DNA of 64,000 bases from Diadema antillarum (Eukaryota): NCBI RefSeq assembly GCF_040938485.1, contig NW_027270964.1, forward strand, positions 5,022,001 to 5,086,000. Reading direction: 5' to 3'. Of the stretch, positions 25,616 through 38,012 are shown piece by piece (positions within the stretch are counted from its first letter, which is position 1; every line of letters starts with the position of its first letter). Both the position numbers and the translations under genes were made by a program. Below the pieces are notes generated by a model, which was not told the DNA's origin, searched no databases, and saw nothing but the letters and a program-made list of their open reading frames with translations.

Positions 25616-28600
25616 GTCAATGTAGCCCATGATTTTAATCTTGTCTGTTACAAAAAACAAACAAACAAACAAACAAACAAACAAACAAACAAACAAACAC
25701 TAAATAAGCGATGTGCATTTACGTCGATGAAGGATAATTTGTCAGCCAGTTGCAGTAAAAAAAAACAGCTCAAAAGGAAGAGTCACTCAATAAGTCAATG
25801 GAAAGTTCTTGGTCACTTCCCTCGTCTGGTAACATCATGCAATATCTATTTTTGGCACTAAAAATGTTGACAATCTTCATGATCTTCATTTCATTTTTTC
25901 TTACTTCTGTCAGAGTTAGAGATCAAGTCAATCAAACTCGCATTAAATAATGATGTTCAAGTCATGATGGTGTGCTAATTCATAACATAGCACTAATTCA
26001 TCGGTGAAACTGCGACAGGTTAAATGAGGTAGTGTGACGAGTGTTTTACCTTGGGAATGTCTTTCATGATAAGCCGTCACGAGATTAACTAGAGACTTTG
26101 AACCCACAACACTTATCCCCCTACCCCCTCCCCCATCGCCATAATTTGTCATAATCCACAATACTCCATAACGCATTAGTCCTCTAGACATAGATACTCA
26201 TCGAATCGTTCCATTTCTCATATTTTTCATGCACAAATGTGTTTCAGGCTGCCCTCTACAAAATTATCGGAGTTTTAGATTGTTTCTATGCGAATAGAGG
26301 CGGCTCTTCCGAAAGATACGCATGACGTCGAATTGTGTTTTAATCATTTTTTCGGGGGGGGGGGGCTAAGATATTCCAGAGATACGGTCAGGAAATTCGG
26401 ATATCTTAAATTTCATTTCAGTATAGTAAAAGAAGAAAAATAAGAAGAAGAAGAAGAGGAAGAATTTGTCTTCGTGAATGTTCTTCCTTGTGAAGGTACA
26501 TCGGAGGTGGGTTTCGCGGCTCACGATATATTTATGGAAACATACCACTTATGAATATGTTCGATTTCTGTCGGATTTTTTGTTCTATTATTCTTGTTCG
26601 TCTAGAAAGAAAGGGAGAACAGATCCACAAGATGTCGATACAAATGAATCCGTTGAAGGAGAACAGTCCCTTAAAGCCCGGCTATATACCTCCAGGGATG
26701 AAATCAAACTCCGAGCCAATTTCGCCTCCAATTATGTCCTTCCTTTCATACAATATTTGCTTGCACTGCCATTTGCACTGCATGTATCGTGGCTCCTCTC
26801 CCATCTCAGCACGTCTTCTTCTCTCTGTCCCTTCTCTCCTTTTTTTTTTCTTTTAGTTTTCTTGTTATTTTTTTCCGTCCTCGCGTCACGTGACGTCCGA
26901 CGTCCTAACCTGTTCGTTGCACTGAGGGCAAATATTGGGACGGTGGTGGGAGAGTAAGTAGGGTGTGAAGTGGATGCCATCCTCGAAAAGATGCCAGCTG
27001 ATGCGAGATGTCATTTACCCTCCAGGTCCGTCAGTAATGTGACAAGTTTTTGTTCCTCTCCTCACCTCGACGCGAGGAGACTATAGTGGAGTCTGGAGGA
27101 GAAAAGCTGCTATTCTTTCACCTACCAGTCACCGCTGCAGTAACTGGCTGTCCCATTGGTAGCATGCCTTTTTATTTCCTTTATTGTTACATTCATTTCT
27201 GTTTATTGCATGATTCACGTATGTACGTAGTGACTCACATGCCTTGGTTCATTAATTGTGTCATTTTCTCCCGGTTTCATTCTAATTTCTTCATGCATTT
27301 ATGCCTCTGTTACCTCATTTCCCATTCTCTTTTCCATCAATCGGGTCGAATTAGAATAAACGTAGGCTATAATCAAATCAATCATCCNNNNNNNNNNNNN
27401 NNNNNNNNNNNNNNNNNNNNNNNNNNNNNNNNNNNNNNNNNNNNNNNNNNNNNNNNNNNNNNNNNNNNNNNNNNNNNNNNNNNNNNNNNNNNNNNNNNNN
27501 NNNNNNNNNNNNNNNNNNNNNNNNNNNNNNNNNNNNNNNNNNNNNNNNNAAATGATTTCACGCCTTGGAGCGCTTTTTCTAATAACGCAGGACTAACTGT
27601 AACAACGTATATTAACAACTATAACATCAACAAGTCATATATTCATTGACTGATTTTCAAAAAGCTATTGCTAACGCTTCACTCCGCGAACGCAATATCA
27701 TGTCTGAGAACACAACGCAGAACAAAGTAAATAATCATGCATTACCCTCCGTCGTTATTGGTTGTGAAGTTTTCGAACAATAAAGTCCACGAACAGAGTG
27801 ATAGAGTAGAAGGTAGCAAATGTTAAGTTTTAAAAAATTCAAACACTCACACACACACACACAAACACACAAACACACTAACACACTAACATACACGAAC
27901 AGGCTATGGAATAAAAACTTGATACCAGCTACCGAAATATAGATGGAGTAGCAAGAGATGTCAGTCCTTTAAATATTCAATGTTTTGGCTAGCAATCTCG
28001 AGGGGTGTTTTTTTTTTTCTTAAAAAGGAAGAAAATAGTCCATAAGATCCACATTGTAAAGAGCGAAGTATGATACAGGGAATAACGAAGAGGAGGCAAA
28101 TCCGATGTTTCAAATAAAAACATTCATATCACCAAATCTGGCGGTAAATTGTTTAGAATTAAAAAACGAACCTGTTGCAAAATACATATATTTCTACACT
28201 TGCGGAACAATCGCTCTGACTAGGCTAATATACCACGCCAAACCTGGAAACGTTGAGTCTATAATCATAGTCTTGTTAACTGTGTCCAGCGTATGCTACA
28301 TTTCAATGCCCCAGAATTGTCTGTGAAAGTTTGGCCATTAGAATGTTCCCAATTATCTCCATATTCACTGAGTTAATTAGAAATGAAAGGTGAATCAATC
28401 GCAGTATGTAGGGCGTGCGTGGAGTCGCCATGTACCACTGCTATATGATCTGTGTATAGGCCTACACGAATGGCCGCACACTGAAACGCTAACGCGTTCA
28501 GAGAGATTCGTTGTAGTGAGCGATATCACTATACTCTTGACGTCACACACAGGCCTTGGAGGGGTCACACTATTACTGTGTCAATGCATTGCCAATTTGG

Positions 28601-31600
28601 CACGTGCTGTTAATTGTTCCCCTGAGGGGAGTGCTGATAAGCGGTATGATCCCATTCCATGTACTACACACTCGTGTACTTCTTATCCTGTTTGCTTTCA
28701 TCAACTTTCTCATCATGTTTTACAATGTGAATAATTATTGAAAGCAATCTTTAACGTGAAAATCACGAGATGGGGTCAAATGCTTTCTCTCTCTCTCTCT
28801 CTCTCTCTTTCTTTCTCTGTCATTTCATATGTATTTTTGAAAATGTCACGTGATGTTTATGATTTTTATGGAGCAAAGCAGTAATTTGCAGTAATTCAAG
28901 TAATCACTGTAGTGTGTCTTATGATCGCCGTGAGAGTAGTCAACACAGTTCCAGCATTTTTGTCGTTATCGCACAAGCACATTCGTGAAAAAGAAATATC
29001 ATTCAGCAGTTATCGAGTCTTCATGCCGTCAATTTTTACTACTTCTTCTTCAAGAATGATGACAGGACGCAAAATATGTGAGCAATAGTCAAGCCCACAA
29101 ATTTAGCTATACAATTCAATGTCCCAGCGTTTGGAATGCAAAATAAAATGATCCGTGGTTTGTAAGGATATTGATTTAGCCTTCTTGAGTTTGATGGTGA
29201 CATGCCAAGGAAAACTCGTTGATGGTATGGCAATGACAAAATAATTTGTCAAAACAAGCATTTCATATAATGTTACCAGAGAATACATTTGGCACGAATC
29301 TCCCGCAAAACATTTAACGACCCTTTCCCGCGCCCTTGGGCGAACTTGACGTTCTGATCAGCGGAGATTAGACCTATGGGGATGAGTGATTTTACGGTAT
29401 GGTCTCTCTCAACCAAAGGGGAAAGTCACGTGTGTGTGATGTGAAAACCTCTGGATTACATGGTGACGCGACCAGTACCTGATGTTTCGCCGAATCGACA
29501 CTCTCAAATTAACCACGACCTGAAATCTAAAACGTGTTGTAATTCGGCTGGAAATTCAACCAATGAGAGAAACTCAGATCCCACTTCAAGCTTAGAGTGT
29601 AGACTGTTAGTGCGCAATGGAGTCCGTGCTCGTTTGAAGGTGTGAGTTCAGTGACCCTCATCCGCAGATCACACGTACTTTGTTTCTTCTCGGCAGAATC
29701 ATCGAGAAGATACGCTGACCGGCGTGACTGCATGAATATGAGCAGCCGCATAACTTTGTTGAAATTATCTCCTTTTTTGAAGTTACAAAGATGAGGGCTT
29801 AATTTGTCCGCATTGGAGAGAACGAATAGATTCTGACAGCCGGGTATCCATGATTGTTAACGATACACCTAAAATTGTTACAAAATGAGGTCAACACTAA
29901 TATCTATTCATGGAATTTTGTGTTTATGATAAACTTTGTCCCCTGAACTAATTAAATGAAAGTATTTAGATCAAAAGGCTTGATCTTTTCACTTGTCACT
30001 TCTGTTACTTTCTAACGTTGTCTAAGTCAGTGTATTCAGAAGAACACACCTCCATGCACACATACATCCCTGTCTGAAGCTGACTGTAATTGATGTTGAC
30101 ACCCTCACAATAATATTTGGCGTTATACCAGCTTTAAGTGCGATGATGATACAAACTCGTGTCAGGAAATCTCGAAGGTTGCCGAGTCGGAATCCACTAC
30201 ATGCTTGTGTATGTGGTTTTAGGCTTTCGCTAACAGTCGTGTGTTCAGTGTTCCTGCGTTCCAGCGTTCAAGACTCATTAAGACATTCTGTTAAGTACAT
30301 GTTGATTGAAGGTATATCACGAGTTCATGTTGTCATGTATCTTAAAGAGTAAATCTATTCTTGAAAACCTTCCCCTTGCCAAATGTGGGTAATTCCTAAA
30401 GTGGGCTCTCCAATGATATCCGTGGGTCAACGGAATTCATTTTGTTGTTCGTCTGTTACTTCATTTACGTAATTTGTGAATAAAGGCCCTCCATCCAGAT
30501 ACGTCATCTATGCACTTTTAGAATGAAAAAAAAAAAAACTCCGTCCAGATAATTTCAGAATGTGCTTACGTTTGTCTTTCCGAAAAAGAATGATGACATT
30601 GATAGGAAAATCTTTAAACGAATTCGTTGACATTCGTGTATGACGGCCGTTATTTCATACCTTGACAGTTCTGCTCTATCTGCCACGATTCCTATATGTG
30701 TTGCTGGTTTTTATTTCTCTTCTTGAAATGGTGTTTTGTTTATTTGATTATTAGTTTGTTTGTGTATTTTTGTTTTGTTTGTTTGTTTGTTTGTTTGTTT
30801 GTTTGTTTGTTTGTTTTTGTCAATTTACAAAAAGTTGGGATTCCCACGCTTTTCAGCGTGCCATTCCCGTAACTTATTTGTCAGTTTGACAACGTTGGCA
30901 AGAAGTATGGACATGAAGGAAACCTCAATTCAAACGTAACAGCGACTCTGATTCTGTGACTGTCGAAGATCGTGCTTCCGTCCTCTTCAGAACGTTACTT
31001 AATTTCTTGCTATTGCAAATAATAGGGGGAGATGTGCGGCCCGGATGTGATTTCTGGTCTCTATGAGCAATGACTTTTTGCCAAACTTCTGGGACTTGGT
31101 TAGCATAAAGGTGCTGGCTAATGCCACTCACAAGTACAAACCTGCAAGCATTTCTCGTGCATAACATGGTAGCGCGTTTTTCCTCTTGTTAAACAGTTAA
31201 AGTGAAAACATAGTTCTCATTTTTATGCCTGTAGAACTGTCGATTTTTACTCCGAAATGTACACATATGCATACGATATGTGTGAAATATCGCTGTACGT
31301 TAGCCAAAAAGTTCGCCGGAAGTGTGACAGTCTTTTAAAAGAGCATTCCTGATCATTACGTAATTTTTCTTTTCTATGATCGGTTATCGATAATCGACAA
31401 ATCGGCAACAGCAGCTATACTGTCCTCACCGATTTTCCGCTTTAATCAAATAAATGGAGCTTTTTGGAAAATACGATTAGTCGGGCAGATTGATCATCAC
31501 GTATGTAAAATTCTACATTCCCACTAGTGAACCGGGAGGGTTCTTCTGGAATCAAAATCGACAAAAACTATACTGCACTTTTGATCTCAAAATATTCCAA

Positions 31601-32022
31601 AACAACTCATCATCCTGGCAAATCGGTAGGAGGGGTTGTTACACTGCCAAAGTCATGACGATATGGGTCTGGAAAGTTATTTTCTTTCCATTATTTTCAG
31701 TGTAAATCCTATGACATTAATGACACGAATACTATATCATGCTACCTGCAATATACTCACAACAGCAACACATGTTCTTTCTCATGTAAATGCTTCTGAC
31801 AAATTTTTCACATAGCAAGGAATAGTAAGGCACAAAACCTAGTCTGCTTGTCAGCTCAAGTGTTACAGGATGATGATGTCACAGCTAGCATATGAATAAA
31901 GATGTTCTGGAGGATTGTTTTTAGAGGTGGGGCTTAACAGGGTGCAGAAAAAATAAAGCAAAAATGTTTTTAAAAAAAACAATGATGCATATTTTCATTA
32001 AGTATTCAGTGATTACCTAACT

Positions 32023-32397
32023 TTGGTTATGCACAGACATTTTCTGGCTCATACTGATTCTTTATTTCATGAGCTTAAAACATTGAAGGTTTTTGATTTG
32101 AATATTATTCAAGTAGCAGTAATTATGTTCAAATATATACATCATCAACTTCCATCATCGTTTGATAACATGTTTAGGTTCAATACTTCTGTCCATTCGT
32201 ACCCTACTCGTATATGTAGAAATTTCCACCTTTTGAATCCCAAATTATTAGTGACACACAAATCTATAAGACATTCGGGTCCGGATATTTGGAATAATCT
32301 CCCGGATAATATAAAGTCTTGTTCAAGTATTTATTCTTTGAAAGCTTCACTTAAACGATATTTGATACAATTATATTCTCCAAACCAATTGAGCTAA
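32023..32397 (+). mobile_element. 5'-truncated CR1/L2-clade LINE, ORF2 C-terminus
   Basis: AHTDSLFHELKTLKVFDL...LPSSFDNMF...HSYPTR...SIRHSGPDIWNNLPDNIK...LKRYL is the characteristic CR1/L2 ORF2 tail. Confidence 0.88.
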
Positions 32398-33043
32398 CAA
32401 ATATTTATAGTATAGATTGTCATCTTATTGTCAATCTCAATTTTCTTCCTACAACTGCATCTTGCACTCTCACCTGCAACTGCACTGCACTCACCTGATC
32501 ACCTTCCTCCAAGAGAGTTATGTCGTTGGATAGTCATTCAAAATGCATCAACAGGGGTCATCTTAGATTTGGATTGCAGGAATAAGGAACAGAGTGTATC
32601 AATACGATTGTATATCTCTTTTCCGTAGTTATTATAATGTAGACATGAACATGTTGTTATTCCTGGCTGGCTGTGTATATTTTCAACAACACGCCTGTCA
32701 AATTTCACATATTTCCATGTACATTATGTTGACAAAAGTGAAAGTAAAGTTTGACTCAGTTTAAATCAGTTTTGGAAAACAGAGCCACACACGCCCTCAT
32801 CGACTATAATATTCCAATGTAGGTGACAGCCAAATTCCGTGACCGTTTTACTTTGCTGTTGTCAGATCCGAATAGATGTGTTTGTGTGCCGAATCGTTTG
32901 TTTGCGAAGGAAATTAGCCTGTAATTAAGAGTCCCTCGGAGAGTACTCACATGGGCCTTGAATTCAGTGTGTGATTTGTGCCAAGCAATCAAAAGTCTTT
33001 GTGACTCATTAGATCTCATATTATCATGCCTCATGAAATACAT

Positions 33044-33045
<2 letters not shown>

Positions 33046-33106
<61 letters not shown>
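33046..33106. repeat. (CT)n microsatellite
   Basis: Direct reading. Confidence 0.95.
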
Positions 33107-33108
<2 letters not shown>

Positions 33109-33520
33109 GTGCCGGGTATCGACCCGTGCATGAAAATCTTTGAAGTCGTGATCTTAACTAGGCTGAAATTATCAGTGTACAACGAGTTTGAAATGATGTA
33201 TTTTACTTTATCGATAACTGATTGATTTCTGATTATTTGCTGTTTACGACGTGTCCACGTCTGTTTGAATTGTCGTGTTGTTGTCAGAGAACTTTATTTT
33301 GAAGGATAGTCTTAGGTTCCAGTCCCGCATTAAAACTGAAGGATTGACTTAGTTCACCTTACCAGTAATCACATGATCCTACTAAGTTAAGCCTTACAGT
33401 GTTATGATGTTATTCCTCTATTATCACCAAGCTACGAACAAGTTTGTCAGTTCTGGTTTTTTCAACCGGAAAAATGTCCTGTTATCAAATCGTCTTTTGT
33501 TCTCGTTAAACCATTGTTAA

Positions 33521-33905
33521 AGGGATAGTACAGTTTTGGTGGAGATAAGAATTGGGTTTTTAACTTTTTGCGAGATACCAAGAAAACACTTATGATATAG
33601 TACAGAACATACCATTTTAAGAGGAATTCAAAGTTTATTTGATGAAAATCGGGTTTGGAATGACTGAAACATCACAAAACAAAGTAAAACAAAGCGATCG
33701 TAATAAAGTGTGGGTCCCACACTTTATTAGAATCGTTCTGTTTTGATATCTCAGCCATTTCTAAACCAATTTTCATCAAATAAACATCGGAATTCCTCAT
33801 AGAATTACATGCTCTTTCATATTTCATAAGAAGTTTCTAATTATTTCAACAACAAAAAATGTTAGAAACCTGAAAATAGGTCTCAACCAAAACTGTACGA
33901 TCCCT
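33521..33905. mobile_element. Kolobok-like MITE, TTAA TSD (copy 2)
   Basis: TTAA|AGGGATAGTACAGT ... ACTGTACGATCCCT|TTAA; homologous interior, opposite orientation to copy 1. Confidence 0.88.
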
Positions 33906-34549
33906 TTAATGTGTCGAGTGAAAACATTCAGGTTTGTAGAACAGTGTGAGGGCTTTAGGATTACGACTGATTAAGCCTTTAAGCATGATCTCCACACATA
34001 TCCTCGTGCAAGTTTTAGAAAACATTTGCCATGTTTTAACGTCTGGTCTCTTTTCCTACCATAAACCCACACCGGTTCCAGTGTGATCAATGATTTAGTC
34101 TTTGAAACAATAGTCGGAAAGACGTGGGAAACCGAGTTTTTAAAACTGCGCCAATTTTGTGGTGAGATTTGTTCTTTTAGCCGAATGAGAATCCTTCTGA
34201 CTGTTATGTTGCCCCGTATTCTATTGCATCTCATTTTCGTGGTAACCATGTCAACTTGCTGTTTTTAAGGACTAGGCGATAGCCCAGGGAATCTATATTC
34301 TTGCCAACTGGCGGAAGCACGTCATCTTAAACCCTATTAAAGGGGCACAATTACTATCCGGAAAATAAGGAAGTCTACAGATCTTAAGCCTCGCTGTATG
34401 ACGGAGAAAAGTGAAATTTCCCCCTCTTTAAGCCCCGTCGGTTACTTCGTTTTTAGTGATGAGACGATTCCGCTGAAATCCTTATGGTATGCTTAGAGAG
34501 GAAAAGGCGGGTGATAGAATCCTGCCTGCCCGAGTTCTTACAAGCACTC

Positions 34550-34622
34550 GTTTCCATGACAACAGGCAACGGGAGAGTAGATTTCAACGCCACGCGCGGA
34601 AGTCAAGGAGGTATTGACGTAA
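34550..34622. promoter_or_regulatory. Candidate cis-regulatory cluster: RFX X-box, ETS and CRE-like sites
   Basis: GTTTCCATGACAAC (34550-34563), CGGAAGT (34597-34603), TGACGTAA (34615-34622), about 3 kb upstream of the first confident exon. Confidence 0.3.
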
Positions 34623-35630
34623 TAAGGGGGATGTTGGAGGCTGGGGTATAGGTGAAATGATTGACCTGATTGGACGGAAAGCATAATTGCTGCACATTAC
34701 ACTGAAATGACTTCAACACCAGAAGCAGGCCTATATCATCCTTCATATCAATAACATTTACACAAGCAATCGCGATTCTGCTTCAGGGGAGAAGAGTGTG
34801 GTCTAAGCATCACTCCTACTTAGAAATGGCTTCTTGCTTTCTGTATAGCTATCTCTCCTTGCTTCGTCATGTAATCTTCTTAACGTTGTACCCTATGCAT
34901 GCCAGTGACTGCTTGGGGTTTTTCCGCCGAGTCATATTCATACATCACTCGGTCGGGTTTGTTGTATACCTCGGGGGCTTTTTTCATTTTGTGACGAGTT
35001 TGTTTTGACCGTCTTGTCCTGTTGCATTGTCGTTTACAACAAAGGACAAGTTGGACAGACAAGAGGTGTTTTACGTTAGCGACGGATATTTAATAAAGAT
35101 GCCTCTTTTTGCGGTAACAGTAAGTTTTTATTGAAATCTCGTTCTCTCAATTACGCACACACACATGTCCTGTCCCCCTCCCCCCATCTACCCGCACACA
35201 CGAAAGTTATCACACACGGAAGTTGTACGTCCACCTCAAGACGAGAGTGAATGTTGAGGGGCATTTGACGAACTCTAGAGAAATGAACCCCGTGATCAAC
35301 GTGACTGCATGTGTGATGAATAGTGTAAAATAAAGAACAGTAAAAATTGTGAGACGATGGCATCGTTTCATCTTATTTGCATAATGATTTCACTGCAGAC
35401 AATATTACTGCTTCGTAAACACATGCTAAACTTCATAACACCATCTTCTCTTTCTTAGGGCAGACTTGAGTCCAATAACACTGTCTTGTGGTATAATTGG
35501 TTTGCTTCATTCTCTCATCTTACTAACCTTGAATTTAACTTGAGTGGTAGTTAACTGTATGGTGCGAGTATGAGAGGAAAGTTTCATCTTGGTATACGTA
35601 TGCTGCTTTGTATGAAAACAGAGAGACCTG

Positions 35631-35803
35631 GGGGTGTTTCATAAAGCTGTTCGTAAAGTTACGAACAACTTACGAGCGACTGGTGATCAGTTCTGATGTG
35701 CTATACTTATCAGAATTTCCATAATTCAGCACAAGAACTGATCACCAGTCGCTCGTAAGTCGTTCGTATTTTTACGAACAGCTTTATGAACCCCCCCCCC
35801 CCC
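35631..35803. mobile_element. PIF/Harbinger-type palindromic MITE, TSD CTG
   Basis: CTG|GGGGTGTTTCATAAAGCTGTTCGTAA ... TTACGAACAGCTTTATGAA(C)n|CTG. Confidence 0.85.
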
Positions 35804-35999
35804 CTGAGAAGTAGATCAGAAAGAAATAGATAAAGAGTTATAAACTGTTAAAGTTCAGAGGGTAAGACAAATCGGCAACTGTGTACACAAAAATTCACCA
35901 ATTTTCTTTTTCCTCAAATATTTGGGCATAGACGGAACTTATCATCTTATGATAGTATGCAAAAACATAATATTCTTACTATAAAGAGCAGCTTTGATA

Positions 36000-36000
<1 letters not shown>

Positions 36001-36041
<41 letters not shown>
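36001..36041. repeat. (AT)n microsatellite
   Basis: Direct reading. Confidence 0.95.
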
Positions 36042-36043
<2 letters not shown>

Positions 36044-36779
36044 ACAGAAATGGAAATTGGTGAATATCTGTGTACAGACGTATGGGTTGCTCAACAAGTA
36101 CATCACACAGATTTGCCAATTTGTCTGACTCTCTAGAATTGTTCATTTCATAGTTTTTTGAGTGTGTCTGATTCTTTTCCACCAAATTTTCACTGGTCTA
36201 CTTCTCTGGTGTTTTTTTTTTTCGGCTTTTTTTTTATACCAAGTAACATACTATTAGGGAGGAATTTTCCTTTTCAGAATTTGTATTTGGTTTGAGGTGA
36301 CAGTGAGTACGTGGTTCTCCTCCATGGCACACAAATCTATTAAGGTTGACTCCACCTTCGACTAAAAACATATTCCAACTGTGTCAAGGACAGGCTGATT
36401 TTTATCTCAACGTGGAGGAAAATGTTCCCTGAGGGGGAATGTGTATCAGATGAAGAGCAACGATAACTGAAAAAAAAAGGCAAAACGAACAATCAGTGCG
36501 CAAACTTGGAAGAAGTTTACATAAGCAATGATCTGTCATCATACGTAGCAGTCAAAGGTTATCTCGATCATCTTGTGGTCACGTGACAGAAATGTCTCTA
36601 GAGCGAAACTCCTTATCCAATCTGTTCATAGAACACATGCAGTGCCACTATTTCTATCGTTATGCTCTGAAGAGAGAAGTAACTGATTGACAAATTGCCC
36701 TTCATTGGGACCGATTATTCAGTGGTTCGAGTGATAGCCATGGTAAAAACCACGAACGTACAAATTGTACATGCATACG

Positions 36780-36850
36780 AGGGTATTGGGTTTCGAACCC
36801 GCGACCTTCTGATTGCTAGACAGGCGTCATATCCACTCAACGACCGAGCG
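36780..36850 (-). mobile_element. tRNA-derived SINE head
   Basis: Minus strand AGTGGATATGACGCCTGTCTAGCAATCAGAAGGTCGCGGGTTCGAAACCC. Confidence 0.7.
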
Positions 36851-37688
36851 TCCAGCCAATGGCCGGTGATTGTTCTGATCCCTTCTGGCAGTGGTTATTC
36901 TGTATATTTGTTCATAATTATCGATGATTCTATAAGTCGAGTAGTTGGCAAGAATCATTAATTTGAATGACAGACGAATCGTGTGAAAACACAGCCAGAC
37001 GATTATGCTACCACTCATCCCCCAAGACTTACGAGGTGTAAATTTTCTCACTATACATCAAGAAAAGTCACATTCGAGCAATTTTGTGTGCGCGCCAAAC
37101 AAGGAATTCTGCGCAAGGAATGTTATACACAGATGCCAGACCAAGACAAAGTGGATATTCTCACAGGACTCCATGTCTTTCATCTTTTCTTGTATTTGGC
37201 TAAATTCCCTCAAAATTTAGTCAAAACTACTTGCTTGATTTGCCTCATTCAATCCGAAACAATTTTCTTTTGAAGAAACATCTGTGTCTGGGACATTTTG
37301 TGTGAATACTCTTGTTTCAATGAAAATGGTCTGTGAAATAGGAATCTTTGTATGTCAGTGGTATGTAGGAAGTTTTTGCGTTTATTTTTCTTAAAGTCTT
37401 CATTCTAAATGCTAAGTAATCCTTTTTAATGCGAAGTAATCCTTTAAAAAATCAAGCACCGGGTGAATCTCGATCAATGACCTTTAAAGACTACATGTGA
37501 GGTTGACTAAATTGTCAATTACGTGTTCTGCATAACACGAGAGCTAGTTAAATTGAGCTTTAGTCGAAAAGACGTATGGAAAAGACGTGGAAGTATGGAA
37601 TGCAATTGTATTGCCTTGTAAAGGTGACAACGACATGAGAAGAAATCTCTGACGTAATTACTTGACTTTTTTCCTACGATCTTTACAG

Positions 37689-38012
37689 ATTCCACGTCTC
37701 CTCTCTCCAACTTCGCCTGCCTCGTGGCTCCAGCCACCAACTCCTTCCAGCCCGACCAGCCCGGTCCGCCAACCGTCCGCGTCCTCGCTCTCCACGGACC
37801 CAGGTTCGTGACATCAAACGTGACATTCGAGCGGCTCCTCTCGTTTGGATCTGACGGAGATTTTCCCGCAAATCACGAGATTGTATCAATAAACGAGAAT
37901 ACGACAGTCCTGAGGCTTCCACGAAACGTTACCTCTGTGGGAGCATACACGTGTCTACATCATAGTGGAGATCATATTTCCAGAATAACAACACTTCTGC
38001 AAGAAACAAATT
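37689..38012 (+). CDS. Exon: Ig-like domain 1 (DSTSPLSNFACLV...GAYTCLHH...LLQETN)
   Basis: ctttacag acceptor, GTAAGT donor at 38013, 324 nt, phase 1-1, two Cys. Confidence 0.85.

Noticed and set aside
26478-26957. 159-aa ORF with a hydrophobic stretch
   Set aside because: The hydrophobicity comes from a T-rich tract, no domain is recognisable, and the donor phase (2) is incompatible with the receptor's first confident exon.
35459-35545. Hydrophobic frame LSPITLSCGIIGLLHSLILLTLNLT after a good acceptor, a possible signal peptide
   Set aside because: No in-frame ATG source, and a TGA occurs before any phase-1 donor.
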